Shown here: positions 27,379 through 37,720 of the stretch, in pieces
Layout: each line of letters begins with the position of its first letter
Numbering within the stretch: the first letter of the stretch is position 1
Assembly: GCA_027491355.1 (NCBI GenBank)
Contig: JAIXWI010000006.1
Span: 318-64,317 of the forward strand
Direction of reading: 5' to 3'
Source of the DNA: Bacteroidota bacterium
GTDB taxonomy: Bacteria > Bacteroidota > Bacteroidia > UKL13-3
Length of the DNA stretch: 64,000 nt
Notes under the pieces: generated by a model
What the model was told of the DNA's origin: nothing
Seen by the model: the letters and a program-made list of their open reading frames with translations, nothing else
Databases searched by the model: none
Made by a program: the position numbers and the translations under genes

Positions 27379-28176
27379 ATGGAATTAGCAATGGTATGTG
27401 AAAAAGCTTGTTTAGCAGCTAAACAAGCCGGACAGTTTATTCAAACACAAGTTCATCAAATTCAACTTTCAGATATTGAAGAAAAAAGCCTCAATCAATT
27501 GGTGAGTTTTGTAGACAAAACAAGTGAAGCAATGCTTGTAAATGCTTTAAAAACAATCATTCCTGAAGCGGCATTCATTACAGAAGAAGAAACAGTTCCC
27601 AGAACACATGCTAGTTATACTTGGGTTATTGATCCGTTGGATGGCACAACTAATTTTTTACATGCGTTGCCTGTTTACAGTGTTAGCATTGCTTTAATGA
27701 AAGACAATAAACCTGTTGTTGGTATTGTTTATGAGCCTAACAGGGATGAGTTGTTTTATGCATGGTCGGGAGCTGGTGCATATTTAAATGGTAAGCGTAT
27801 ACATGTAAAAACAAATACAGAATTGAGCAAATCGTTGTTGGCAACAGGTTTTCCTTATTACGATTTTAAGCGGATTCCTCAATATTTATCAACTTTGAGT
27901 GATTTGATGAAAGGTACACAGGGTATGCGAAGAATGGGAAGTGCTGCTGTAGATTTAGCATATACCGCTTGCGGGCGTTTTGATGGTTTTTTTGAATACG
28001 GTTTGAGCCCTTGGGATGTTGCAGGTGGTATTGTCTTAATTGAAGAAGCTGGCGGTAAAATCAGTGATTTCAATGGTGGAGAGGATTACCTATTTGGCAA
28101 AACAATCATTGGCGCATCAAAAGCTTTGTATCCTGATTTGTTGAACGTCATTCAAAGGCATTTCAATCAAGACTAA
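27379..28176 (+). CDS. suhB: Inositol monophosphatase family protein
   Basis: WVIDPLDGTTNF, RRMGSAAVDLAY, WDVAGG. Start moved to MELAMV. Confidence 0.9.
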   Translation: MELAMVCEKACLAAKQAGQFIQTQVHQIQLSDIEEKSLNQLVSFVDKTSEAMLVNALKTIIPEAAFITEEETVPRTHASYTWVIDPLDGTTNFLHALPVYSVSIALMKDNKPVVGIVYEPNRDELFYAWSGAGAYLNGKRIHVKTNTELSKSLLATGFPYYDFKRIPQYLSTLSDLMKGTQGMRRMGSAAVDLAYTACGRFDGFFEYGLSPWDVAGGIVLIEEAGGKISDFNGGEDYLFGKTIIGASKALYPDLLNVIQRHFNQD

Positions 28177-30113
28177 ACTGTTGCAGGCACTTTAAATGTA
28201 GCCGTTTTGTTTGTCATTGATTTAGCTGTTTTTACAATAGCAGCAACATCGTAATTGCATTCAGCATAAAGTTCGTGTGGCTCACCATGTTCTATGTATT
28301 GATCAGGCATACCCATACGTATTACTTCAGATTGGTAGAGGTGATCTGCCATAAATTCAAGGATGGCAGAACCAGCACCACCCATGATGGTTCCATCTTC
28401 AATGGTAATGACTTTACTAAAGTTTTTAAATACTTCGTGCAGCATGGCTTCATCTAAAGGTTTAACAAAGCGTAAATCGTAATGTGCACCACTTAATCCT
28501 TCTTTTTGTAGTTGGTCTAGCGCTTGTGAGGCCATATTGCCTATAGTACCAAATGATACAATGGCAAAATCTTTTCCATCCCTGAGTTTTCGTCCTTTAC
28601 CAATTGTAATTTCGGTGAATGGTTGTTTCCAGTCAATGATAACACCATTTCCCCTAGGGTAGCGGATAGAAATTGGTCCGGCATTTTTATCTAGGGTTGC
28701 AGAATACATGAGGTTTCTGAGTTCAACCTCATTCATTGGAGCTGATACCACCATGTTTGGTACACAACGCATGTAAGGCACATCTAGCATGCCATGGTGT
28801 GTAGGTCCGTCAGCACCTGCAATGCCTGCTCTATCCATACAAAATACCACGTGTAAATTTTGCAAGGCTACATCATGTACAACCTGGTCATAAGCACGTT
28901 GCATGAAAGTGGAGTAAATATTGCAAAATGGAATCAAACCTTGGGTTGACAAACCTGCGCTAAAAGTAACAGCATGCTGTTCGGCAATACCTACATCAAA
29001 AGCCCTCTCTGGTAAAGCTTTCATCATGATATTCATGCTACTTCCTGAGGGCATAGCAGGTGTTACTCCAACAATGCGTTCATTTAAATTGGCCAATTCA
29101 ACCATGGTATGGCCGAATACATCTTGGTATTTAGGTGCTTGAGGAGCTGTATTGGGCGATTTATAAATTTCACCAGTAACTTTGTCGAACAAGCCTGGTG
29201 CATGCCATTTAGTTTGGTCTTTTTCAGCGTGAGCAAATCCTTTACCCTTTACAGTAACACAATGCAACAACTTGGGTCCTGGAATTTTCTTTAGGTCTTC
29301 AAATATCTTAACCATGTGATTTACATCATGTCCATCTACGGGGCCAAAATAACGGAAACCAAGCGCCTCAAATAGGTTGCTATGCTTGAGTAAACCACCT
29401 TTGAGGGTATCGTGTACTTTAGATAAAATGTCTTGCGAAACCTGTCCAAGTTTACTCAGCCTGTCTAGGGCTTTCCAAACATCATCTTTAAATTTATTAT
29501 AAGTAGGAGAGGTAGTAATATCGGTGAGGTATTCTTTGAGTGCACCTACATTGGGGTCAATACTCATGCAATTGTCATTCAACACAACAATTACATTTGC
29601 ATTTGCTACGCCAGCGTGGTTCAAACCTTCAAATGCCATACCACCTGTTAAAGCACCATCTCCAATAATGGCAATGTGTTGTTTGTCTAATTCACCTTTT
29701 AATTTTGATGCAACTGCCATGCCCAATGCTGCAGAAATAGAAGTGGAAGAATGTCCAACTCCAAATGCATCGTATTCACTTTCGCTTCTTTTTGGGAATC
29801 CGCTTAAGCCTTTGTAAATCCTGTTGGTATGAAACTGTTCTCTTCGACCTGTTAAAATTTTGTGTCCATATGCCTGATGACCTACATCCCAAACCAACTG
29901 GTCGTTTGGAGTATTGAATGCATAATGTAAAGCAACACTCAATTCAACTACGCCAAGGCTAGCACCAAAATGCCCCCCATAAACAGACACTGTATCAATG
30001 ATGTATTGTCTTAAGTCTGAGCAGACTTTAACCAAATCCTCTTCTTTGACCTCGCGTAGATCTTTGGGAAATTCAATGTTTTTAAGGTAAGGACCGGGTT
30101 CTATTTTCATCAT
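28173..30113 (-). CDS. dxs: 1-deoxy-D-xylulose-5-phosphate synthase
   Basis: WDVGHQAYGHKILTGRR, TPP motif GDGALTGG...NDN, DRAGIAGADGPTH. Confidence 0.97.
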   Translation of the reverse strand: MMKIEPGPYLKNIEFPKDLREVKEEDLVKVCSDLRQYIIDTVSVYGGHFGASLGVVELSVALHYAFNTPNDQLVWDVGHQAYGHKILTGRREQFHTNRIYKGLSGFPKRSESEYDAFGVGHSSTSISAALGMAVASKLKGELDKQHIAIIGDGALTGGMAFEGLNHAGVANANVIVVLNDNCMSIDPNVGALKEYLTDITTSPTYNKFKDDVWKALDRLSKLGQVSQDILSKVHDTLKGGLLKHSNLFEALGFRYFGPVDGHDVNHMVKIFEDLKKIPGPKLLHCVTVKGKGFAHAEKDQTKWHAPGLFDKVTGEIYKSPNTAPQAPKYQDVFGHTMVELANLNERIVGVTPAMPSGSSMNIMMKALPERAFDVGIAEQHAVTFSAGLSTQGLIPFCNIYSTFMQRAYDQVVHDVALQNLHVVFCMDRAGIAGADGPTHHGMLDVPYMRCVPNMVVSAPMNEVELRNLMYSATLDKNAGPISIRYPRGNGVIIDWKQPFTEITIGKGRKLRDGKDFAIVSFGTIGNMASQALDQLQKEGLSGAHYDLRFVKPLDEAMLHEVFKNFSKVITIEDGTIMGGAGSAILEFMADHLYQSEVIRMGMPDQYIEHGEPHELYAECNYDVAAIVKTAKSMTNKTATFKVPATV

Positions 30114-30215
30114 TACATGTCATAAACACACTTGTTGTGTATTTGTTTTTATATACTGTGTGCAAATTAGGGAAAGAAGTGTAAAACTAAAAACTGATTT
30201 TGTGTAATTAAACAA

Positions 30216-30995
30216 TCAAAGCCTGGCTTCACTTACAACTAAATCTTTTGAGTGAACAGTCAGTATAGGAATACTTGCATTTTTAATGATTTGTTCTGAG
30301 TATTTTCCTGTAAATAAATCCATGAAGCGTCCTTCTTGTTCTGACATTATCACAATCATTCCAGCCTGTTTCTCTGAAGCAAATTGAAGGGTCTGTTTAC
30401 TTGGATTTCCTCCCATTCTCATCTCTAAGGTGTAAGTTGTTCCTTTTTCTTGAATGTGGTTGCATACCTGTCTAGTATAATTTTTAATGGTTACTTCAGC
30501 ATCTTTATCGGTATCATTTGATACGCCCACAACATGTATAGTTGAGTGATAAATACTTGCTATAGCTAATGCGTATGGTATTTTTTGACGGGTTTCAAAT
30601 GAAGTATCAATTGGAACGACAATCGAATTCAAATCAAAATTTCCCTCTGCGGGAATGGTCAATACCATTCTTTCAAAATGATCGATGATATTGAAAACAG
30701 ATTTCGCCTCAATTCCATTTTTTTGATTGTTGTTGAGTTGAACAATAACCAAATCAGGATTGTGTTTCTTGATCATCTTCATGGCATGGTTTGCAGAAAA
30801 TGTGTCATTTAATTGCTCGAATTGAAAATCTAGCCCTGAATTTGCAAAAATTTGAGACACATTTCCTGTCCCAAAATGGCAGAAGTTCAATTTTGCAGCA
30901 TAATGCTTGGTTAAAGCAAGCCCAATTTTTTGAGTCTGTTCGCTAAGGTGTTCACCCGAACTCAATAGCAAAATTTGTTGAATTTGAATGGCCAT
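30216..30995 (-). CDS. Universal stress protein family (tandem domains)
   Basis: SIVVPIDTS...GMIVIMS...GKYSEQIIKNASIPILTV. Confidence 0.8.
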   Translation of the reverse strand: MAIQIQQILLLSSGEHLSEQTQKIGLALTKHYAAKLNFCHFGTGNVSQIFANSGLDFQFEQLNDTFSANHAMKMIKKHNPDLVIVQLNNNQKNGIEAKSVFNIIDHFERMVLTIPAEGNFDLNSIVVPIDTSFETRQKIPYALAIASIYHSTIHVVGVSNDTDKDAEVTIKNYTRQVCNHIQEKGTTYTLEMRMGGNPSKQTLQFASEKQAGMIVIMSEQEGRFMDLFTGKYSEQIIKNASIPILTVHSKDLVVSEARL

Positions 30996-31098
30996 AAGCA
31001 ATTGATTGAGATTGACTTGAAATTACATAAAAAAATTCAGTCAACAAACATTTGCCCCATTAAGTTTTTAATTAACAGATTAACAAGTATTTATAAAA

Positions 31099-31881
31099 CT
31101 ATTTTCCTGTAAAAACAGGTTTACGTTTTTCTATAAACGCCTGTACACCTTCTTTATAATCGTCACTTCTGCCTGCAATTTCTTGGCAATAAGCTTCATA
31201 AGCCAACATATGGTCTAAATCTGAATGAAAAGACTGGTTCAGCATTTTTTTCATTAAGCCTATGGCTTTGGTTGGTGCGTTTGCATAATAATTGGTGTAA
31301 TGTTCAGTTGCCGCATCTAATTCCTCAATTGGTACAATTTTGTTTACCATTCCCCACTCAAATGCTTGTTTTGCCGAAACTTTACTTCCCATGGTTGAGA
31401 GTTCAAATGCTCTGGCAGAACCAACCAATCTTGGCAAGAAATAGGAAGAACCTGAGTCTAGCACCAATCCTACATTTACAAAAACTTCAATTAAACTTGC
31501 ATTTTCTGCAGCTACAATTAAGTCACAAGCCAATGCAAGCGAACAACCGGCACCAGCTGCAACTCCATTGAGTTTACAAATAACAGGTATTGCTAAATTA
31601 CGGATAGCTTTGATCATTGGGTTGTATCTTTTGTGGATACTTTCACTCAAACTTCTTTTTGTTCCAGCGATTGATTTTAAATCTTGTCCGCTACAAAATG
31701 CTTTTCCACTTCCTGTAATGACAAGTACTCGAATGCTTTTATCCTTTGAAATTTTTTTTAAAGCATCAATGACATCAGCACTCATTTGTTCATTGAAAGC
31801 ATTGAAGACGTCAGGTCTGTTGAGGGTTAATTGCGCAACGCCATTTTGTATGTCGAGCAAGATAGTTTCGTATTGCATCAT
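31099..31881 (-). CDS. paaG: Enoyl-CoA hydratase/isomerase, PaaG-type
   Basis: AFCSGQDL, NGVAAGAG, GLVLDSGSSYFLPRLVG (single catalytic Asp pattern typical of PaaG). Confidence 0.75.
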   Translation of the reverse strand: MMQYETILLDIQNGVAQLTLNRPDVFNAFNEQMSADVIDALKKISKDKSIRVLVITGSGKAFCSGQDLKSIAGTKRSLSESIHKRYNPMIKAIRNLAIPVICKLNGVAAGAGCSLALACDLIVAAENASLIEVFVNVGLVLDSGSSYFLPRLVGSARAFELSTMGSKVSAKQAFEWGMVNKIVPIEELDAATEHYTNYYANAPTKAIGLMKKMLNQSFHSDLDHMLAYEAYCQEIAGRSDDYKEGVQAFIEKRKPVFTGK

Positions 31882-31882
31882 A

Positions 31883-32485
31883 TTATAAAAAGATAACCAT
31901 TGTTGTTAAACCGATAAAAAAACCACTGTAGAGTTCTTTGTGGCTGTGTGCATTTAAATGAAGTCTGGAAGAGATAACTAAACCTGCTATTACAAACAAT
32001 GCAGCTAGTAAAATGCGAGTATCAATCAGACTCTCAAAAGAAGCCAAAAAAACCAGACCAATAGTTGCACCAATACTGGCAGCATGAATGCTTATTTTAT
32101 GAAAAAAATTGATTGTTAAAATCAATAGCATTAATAAACCAGATGCAATTAAATAATTGACTAATTTTTGAGGTATAGGATAATTCGAAAAATTATAGTA
32201 ACAAAATCCATACATGAACAAGGTAATGGCAAAAGGGAGGTTCCGTTCTTTTTTTTCATGCATGTGCAATGAACTGATTTTACCAATTTGTTTCAATACC
32301 AATGACATGATGACTGGTATGAGATGAGTACAACTGTAAATAAATAAAATATAAAACCACCTTGCTTTTGCAGGCAATGAAAAATAAACAGATGGAAACA
32401 ATAAAAACAGCAGATAAATGCCTAGTAGGTTTACAAAAATTGGATGAAAGATAACTGAGAAAAAACGTGCTAAATGATGACTCAT
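31883..32485 (-). CDS. PAP2-like integral membrane protein
   Basis: Multiple TM helices; KISIHAASIG and SRLHLNAHS motifs. Confidence 0.7.
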   Translation of the reverse strand: MSHHLARFFSVIFHPIFVNLLGIYLLFLLFPSVYFSLPAKARWFYILFIYSCTHLIPVIMSLVLKQIGKISSLHMHEKKERNLPFAITLFMYGFCYYNFSNYPIPQKLVNYLIASGLLMLLILTINFFHKISIHAASIGATIGLVFLASFESLIDTRILLAALFVIAGLVISSRLHLNAHSHKELYSGFFIGLTTMVIFL

Positions 32486-32488
32486 TGT

Positions 32489-32875
32489 TTAATTCAATGC
32501 AATTGCTGTAACACTGATTTCAACATTTGCGCCCAGAGGTAATCTGACTACTTGCACAGTTTCTCTGGCAGGGAAATGTTTGGTAAAGAATGAACCATAC
32601 ACTTCATTGATCGCAGCAAAATCATTTAAATCTGTACAGAAAATAGTTGTTTTGACAATGTCAGCATAGTCCATGCCAGCTTCTTTTAAAATGGCACCAA
32701 CATTTTCCATCACTTTTTGGGTTTCTGCCTTGATGTTGTGTTGAACCATTTCTCCAGTTTGTGCATCTTTGGCAACTTGACCACTTACATACAAAGTATT
32801 TCCAGCTTTTACTGCATGGCTATAAGGACCAATTGGTGTTGGTGCACCATTGCTTGTAACAATTGTCTTTTCCAT
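32489..32875 (-). CDS. ridA: RidA/YjgF enamine-imine deaminase
   Basis: APTPIGPYSHAV, LYVSGQ, FPARETVQV, VEIS. Confidence 0.92.
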   Translation of the reverse strand: MEKTIVTSNGAPTPIGPYSHAVKAGNTLYVSGQVAKDAQTGEMVQHNIKAETQKVMENVGAILKEAGMDYADIVKTTIFCTDLNDFAAINEVYGSFFTKHFPARETVQVVRLPLGANVEISVTAIALN

Positions 32876-32918
32876 TTGAATAGTAAAGTTATTTTTGTTT
32901 TAAATTTCAACTACGAAT

Positions 32919-33608
32919 ATGAAGATTTTGGCCAGAGGTTCAAAGCAACAGCTCAAAGAATTACAAGAAAAATTACAAAATTCAACGCATTCACTTGAAT
33001 TTGCTGATGAATATCAAGATTTAATTGGTCAAATTAACGCATCGGATTTATTAATTGACCTACATTTTGATGCCGTACTTGGACGTATACAACAATACAA
33101 AGGAGTAAAAGTTCCAATGCTTTTGTCTGCTGTAAAAATTCAATTGGCAGCAGCGCTATCGCAAGAGGATGTATCCTTGTTTCCACCAATTTTTGGATTC
33201 AATGCATTGCCTACTTTTATCAATAGAAAAATTGCAGAAGTAAGTTTGGCCCATCCCCAACAAAAAAATGAATTGAATGCTTTGATGCAACAATTAGGTT
33301 GGGAATACAAATTGGTGAATGACCGCGTTGGCATGTTTACTCCTAGGGTTATATGCATGCTTATAAATGAAGCATGTTATACCTTACAAGAAGGCACAGC
33401 CTCACAAAAAGACATTGATACAAGTATGAAATTGGGAACTGGTTACCCTCATGGACCTTTTGAATGGGCTGATTTAATTGGAATTAAAGACGTATATGAG
33501 GTGCTAGAAGCCATGTATTCAGATACCAAAGAGGAACGTTATAAAATTTGTCCATTGTTGAAAACACATTATTTAAAAGCTGAAAAATTTTATCCAAATG
33601 CCAACTAA
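32919..33608 (+). CDS. 3-hydroxyacyl-CoA dehydrogenase C-terminal-domain protein (PaaH C-half-like)
   Basis: DRVGMFTPRVICMLINEA, DIDTSMKLGTGYPHGPFEWAD; no GxGxxG Rossmann motif. Confidence 0.8.
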   Translation: MKILARGSKQQLKELQEKLQNSTHSLEFADEYQDLIGQINASDLLIDLHFDAVLGRIQQYKGVKVPMLLSAVKIQLAAALSQEDVSLFPPIFGFNALPTFINRKIAEVSLAHPQQKNELNALMQQLGWEYKLVNDRVGMFTPRVICMLINEACYTLQEGTASQKDIDTSMKLGTGYPHGPFEWADLIGIKDVYEVLEAMYSDTKEERYKICPLLKTHYLKAEKFYPNAN

Positions 33609-35559
33609 ATCATTCCTAATTTTATGGCTGATGTTGAGCTCTATTATAGTTGTTTCAGCCCAAGAAGATGCATGCAGCAAACAAAAAGCACTGTTCAAGT
33701 CTGCTTTTAAAAAACCTATTCATTCAAACACTTACTTGAATTTAATCAATGCATACGATGTATATTATCATGCATTAGATTTAGCAATTGAAGCCGATAC
33801 AACTTTTATTTCTGGAAATGTCTTGACTGCATTCACAGTCAACCAACAATTGGATACTTTTGCGTTTGAGTTGCACCAAGATTTAATGATTGATTCAATA
33901 AAAGGATCCAATCAGCAAGCACTCGGTTTTTATAGAATTTCGGATGAGGTATTTGTGAAGCTGAATCAAACAATCCCTGCCTTAGGTAAAACACAGGTAC
34001 AAATATTTTACCATGGCACACCTCCAACAGGTGCAAGCGCTGCAATTGGAAATGGATTTTCAAATGGGGTTTCAGCCAATTATGGAAAAAGAGTTACATG
34101 GAGCCTCAGTCAGCCTTATGCTGCTAAAGAATGGTGGCCATGTAAACAAGCTTTAACTGATAAAATAGATTCAGTAGACATTCATGTAACCACAGCTCAA
34201 AACAATAAAGTTGGGAGCAATGGTTTACTCAAACAAATTGTTCAATTGCCCAATAACAAAAATCGTTACGAATGGAAAACAAACTATCCAATAGATTTTT
34301 ATTTGATTTCTGTGAGTGTAGGAAACTATTTTGAGAACATAGATTATGCAAAACCAAAAGGTTTAAAAGACAGCATTTTAATCCTGAACTACTTGTACAA
34401 TGAACAAGCTTACATAGACAACAAGAAAACATTAGGTGAGTGTAAAGACATCCTTTCACTTTTTAGTGAGTATTTTGGCATGTATCCATTTTACAAGGAA
34501 AAATACGGACACACCATGGCACCTTTTTCTGGGGGTATGGAGCACCAAACCATGAGTACAATGGGAATCATTTCATATGATATCATGGTTCATGAACTGG
34601 CACATCAATGGTTTGGTGATTACATTACATGCAGTTCTTGGTCTGATTTATGGCTCAATGAAGGTTTTGCATCATACATAGAATTGCTTGCATATGAAAA
34701 ATTCTATCCCCAATATTATTATAACAAGTTGTTAGGTAAAATGAACAGAGCAAAACAAACATCAGGTTCTGTTTATGTATTAGATACCGCATCGGTTGAA
34801 CGTTTGTTCAATAGTAACTTAACCTACAACAAAGGGGGTATGGTTTTACACATGTTGCGCTGGACACTTGGTGACAGCTTATTTTTCGCTTCTTTAAAAA
34901 GTTATGTAAATGTGTATGGCAATAAAACAGCTAGTACAACAGATTTCAAGAATGTATGTGAACAAACGAGTGGTAAAAATTTAGGTAGCTTTTTTCAAGA
35001 GTGGATCATGGGCTCAGGATTTCCTAGCTATACTATTAACTGGAATTGTACAAATAAAGATTTACATTTAAATGTATTTCAGTCAAATGTTCAATCGGCA
35101 GGAAGTTTATTTTCAATAGATTTACCACTAAGAATTTATTTTGCAAATGGTGATTCCATTGACCTCAGAATACCTGGCGCTGCATTGGCTTCAAACTATT
35201 CAAAAATACCTTTAATTGATAGTGTGATTGGTATTCAATTCAATTATAACAGACAAATCTTAGCCAATGGTATTGTAAAACGCGATTCCTTTTTAACCGC
35301 AATTGAAACCATCAATCAGTTACCTGACATTGAGTTGTATCCAAATCCTAGCAATGGCAAATTGACCGTTCAAATAAACATGCAATTGCCTGTCTTGATT
35401 CGTGTTTTTAATATGACGGGAAAGCTTATGTTTGAGCATTTACAAAATCAAAGTACCGAACTACTAGAATTACCAGCTGAAGAAGGTCTATACATGATTG
35501 AAATTGGTAATGAACATGGAAGAATGATTCAGAAAATTATCAGAACATTTAGCAACTAA
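33598..35559 (+). CDS. M1 family aminopeptidase with T9SS type A C-terminal sorting domain
   Basis: GGMEH, HELAHQWFG...NEGFA, YNKG; C-terminal LYPNPSNG...GLYMIEI...KII. Confidence 0.92.
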   Translation: MPTKSFLILWLMLSSIIVVSAQEDACSKQKALFKSAFKKPIHSNTYLNLINAYDVYYHALDLAIEADTTFISGNVLTAFTVNQQLDTFAFELHQDLMIDSIKGSNQQALGFYRISDEVFVKLNQTIPALGKTQVQIFYHGTPPTGASAAIGNGFSNGVSANYGKRVTWSLSQPYAAKEWWPCKQALTDKIDSVDIHVTTAQNNKVGSNGLLKQIVQLPNNKNRYEWKTNYPIDFYLISVSVGNYFENIDYAKPKGLKDSILILNYLYNEQAYIDNKKTLGECKDILSLFSEYFGMYPFYKEKYGHTMAPFSGGMEHQTMSTMGIISYDIMVHELAHQWFGDYITCSSWSDLWLNEGFASYIELLAYEKFYPQYYYNKLLGKMNRAKQTSGSVYVLDTASVERLFNSNLTYNKGGMVLHMLRWTLGDSLFFASLKSYVNVYGNKTASTTDFKNVCEQTSGKNLGSFFQEWIMGSGFPSYTINWNCTNKDLHLNVFQSNVQSAGSLFSIDLPLRIYFANGDSIDLRIPGAALASNYSKIPLIDSVIGIQFNYNRQILANGIVKRDSFLTAIETINQLPDIELYPNPSNGKLTVQINMQLPVLIRVFNMTGKLMFEHLQNQSTELLELPAEEGLYMIEIGNEHGRMIQKIIRTFSN

Positions 35560-36329
35560 TCTTTGAATTCGATATATACAGGGCAATGGTCTGAATGTAC
35601 TTCTTCTTGCAAAATACCTGCATCTTTCAGGTGTTCATTTAATGCTATACTGTTCATACAGTAATCTATTCTCCAGCCTTTGTTTCTTGTTCTCGAGGCT
35701 GCTCTGAAACTCCACCAACTGTATTGGTGTGGTGCGCTATTAAAATGCCTAAAACTATCTGTAAATCCATCACTGATGAATTGGCTTAACCATTCCCGCT
35801 CTTCCGGTAAAAAGCCGCTCGAGTTTTTGTTTCCTATTGGATCGTGAATATCAATTGGTTGGTGAACAATGTTGTAATCACCACAAATAACCAGTTTAGG
35901 AATTTCTTGTTTTAAGTTTTTGATATAATTGTCAAAGAAAGCAAGCCATTTCATTTTGTAAGCTTGTCTTTCATCACCACTTGATCCGCTTGGGATATAA
36001 ACACTAATGACAGAAAATTTATCAAAATCAGCACGGATTATTCTTCCTTCAGTGTCGTATTCAGCATTGTTAAACCCTATGGTAATTTTATTAGGTGCTA
36101 TTTTAGAGAAAATAGCAACACCACTGTATCCTTTTTTAATGGCACTGTTCCAAAATCGGTATTTAAAACCTGTATGGTCAAGTGAAAATTCATGTTGGGC
36201 TATGTTTGCAGCTTCAGCTTTTGTTTCTTGAAAACAAACCACATCAGCATCTGTTTTTTGTAAAAAATCAATCAATCCTTTGTCAATTGCAGATCTGATT
36301 CCATTTACATTGTAACTAATTATTTTCAT
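35556..36329 (-). CDS. xth: Exodeoxyribonuclease III
   Basis: SYNVNGIR, QETK, GDYN, GWRIDY, SDHCP. Confidence 0.95.
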   Translation of the reverse strand: MKIISYNVNGIRSAIDKGLIDFLQKTDADVVCFQETKAEAANIAQHEFSLDHTGFKYRFWNSAIKKGYSGVAIFSKIAPNKITIGFNNAEYDTEGRIIRADFDKFSVISVYIPSGSSGDERQAYKMKWLAFFDNYIKNLKQEIPKLVICGDYNIVHQPIDIHDPIGNKNSSGFLPEEREWLSQFISDGFTDSFRHFNSAPHQYSWWSFRAASRTRNKGWRIDYCMNSIALNEHLKDAGILQEEVHSDHCPVYIEFKD

Positions 36330-36333
36330 ACTT

Positions 36334-37713
36334 TTATTCTACTCCGTGTTCGCTTAATAAATACATTAATCCGGTTAAAACAACACTTCCAAATTGAAGT
36401 TCTCTTTTATTGACATGTTCAAATACATCATTCTCGGTATGGTGGTAATCAAAATATTTTTGACCATCTGGATGAAAGCCAATAATAAGAGCTCCCTGTT
36501 TTTTTAATGGTCCAATATCTGCGCCACCTCCGTTTTCATCTATTGCTTGAACACCATAGGGTGCTAATAAATTTTCCCAACTTTTATAGGCATGTAATTT
36601 TTCTTTTGGTAAAGCAAAACCTATGTGTCTGGGCATAAATCCACCTGCATCCGTTTCTATTGCGGCTATGTGTTTCTCTTTGTTTTTTTCTGCAAGCTCC
36701 GCATATTTTAAACCGCCCTTGAGTCCATTTTCTTCATTGATAAATAGTACAACACGTATGGTTCTTTTAGGACGCATACCTAGTTTTTTAAAGGTATTGA
36801 TAGTTTCTATACATTGTACCACACCCGTGCCATCATCATGCGCGCCTTCTCCAATATCCCATGAATCTATGTGCGCTCCTAGTACAATTATTTCATTTGG
36901 TTTTTCAGATCCTTTAATTTCAGCAACAACATTATAACTCAGAACTTCAGGCAACATTTCACAGAGTTGTTTAAAATAGACTGTTACTTGAGGGTCCTTC
37001 TCAATTGCATTACTTAGCACCGTGGCATCTGCAGTACTGATAGCACAAGCGGGTATTGATGGAAAACTGTCTTTGTATTGCGTTGCACCTGTATGTGGGA
37101 AATGATCATGCGCATGGGTCATACTTCTTACAATCACTCCAATTGCACCCTTTTTTGCTGCTTCAATAGGGCCCATGCTTCTTTGGTTAACAGTCATGCC
37201 ATAAGCAACGCCGCCATATAAAACTGTATCTGGAAATGGTCTTGAAAAATACACAATTTTACCACGTACCAATTCATTTGGTTTGGCTCGCAATTCTTCA
37301 AAAGTTTTTACTTCTATAATTCCAGCTTTTATACCATTTACTGGTGTTGCCACACTGTTTCCCAAAGCACAAATTGCGAGGTTTATTTTCTTGTTTTGAT
37401 AAATCAAGTAGGCTTCTTCTTTTTCCCCTCTTTTCCAATGAGGTACCATTACTGGTTGTAACCAAACCGAGTCTGCTTGGGTTTCTGTTAGCTTTTGCAG
37501 CCCCCAGTTGATTGCTTTTTGAGCAGGTTCACTGCCACTGATACGCGCACCAATATTTTTACATAAATATTTTAAGTGAGCATAAGATTGACCGTTGGTG
37601 AATATTTCATGAAAAATTTTCTTAATAACAATTGAATCTTTTTGCTGGGCTTGGATTTGTAAAGAAAGTAATACAAAAACAAATAGTAATAATTTTAATT
37701 TAAATGCATTCAT
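36334..37713 (-). CDS. M28 family peptidase (carboxypeptidase Q-like)
   Basis: Signal peptide; PA domain; GAHIDSWD, DDGTG, NEENG, YHH. Confidence 0.9.
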   Translation of the reverse strand: MNAFKLKLLLFVFVLLSLQIQAQQKDSIVIKKIFHEIFTNGQSYAHLKYLCKNIGARISGSEPAQKAINWGLQKLTETQADSVWLQPVMVPHWKRGEKEEAYLIYQNKKINLAICALGNSVATPVNGIKAGIIEVKTFEELRAKPNELVRGKIVYFSRPFPDTVLYGGVAYGMTVNQRSMGPIEAAKKGAIGVIVRSMTHAHDHFPHTGATQYKDSFPSIPACAISTADATVLSNAIEKDPQVTVYFKQLCEMLPEVLSYNVVAEIKGSEKPNEIIVLGAHIDSWDIGEGAHDDGTGVVQCIETINTFKKLGMRPKRTIRVVLFINEENGLKGGLKYAELAEKNKEKHIAAIETDAGGFMPRHIGFALPKEKLHAYKSWENLLAPYGVQAIDENGGGADIGPLKKQGALIIGFHPDGQKYFDYHHTENDVFEHVNKRELQFGSVVLTGLMYLLSEHGVE

Positions 37714-37720
37714 GAGAAAA

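Noticed and set aside
30120-30150. Riboswitch in the dxs leader
   Set aside because: The leader is only about 50 nt with one weak hairpin; no TPP or other aptamer consensus.
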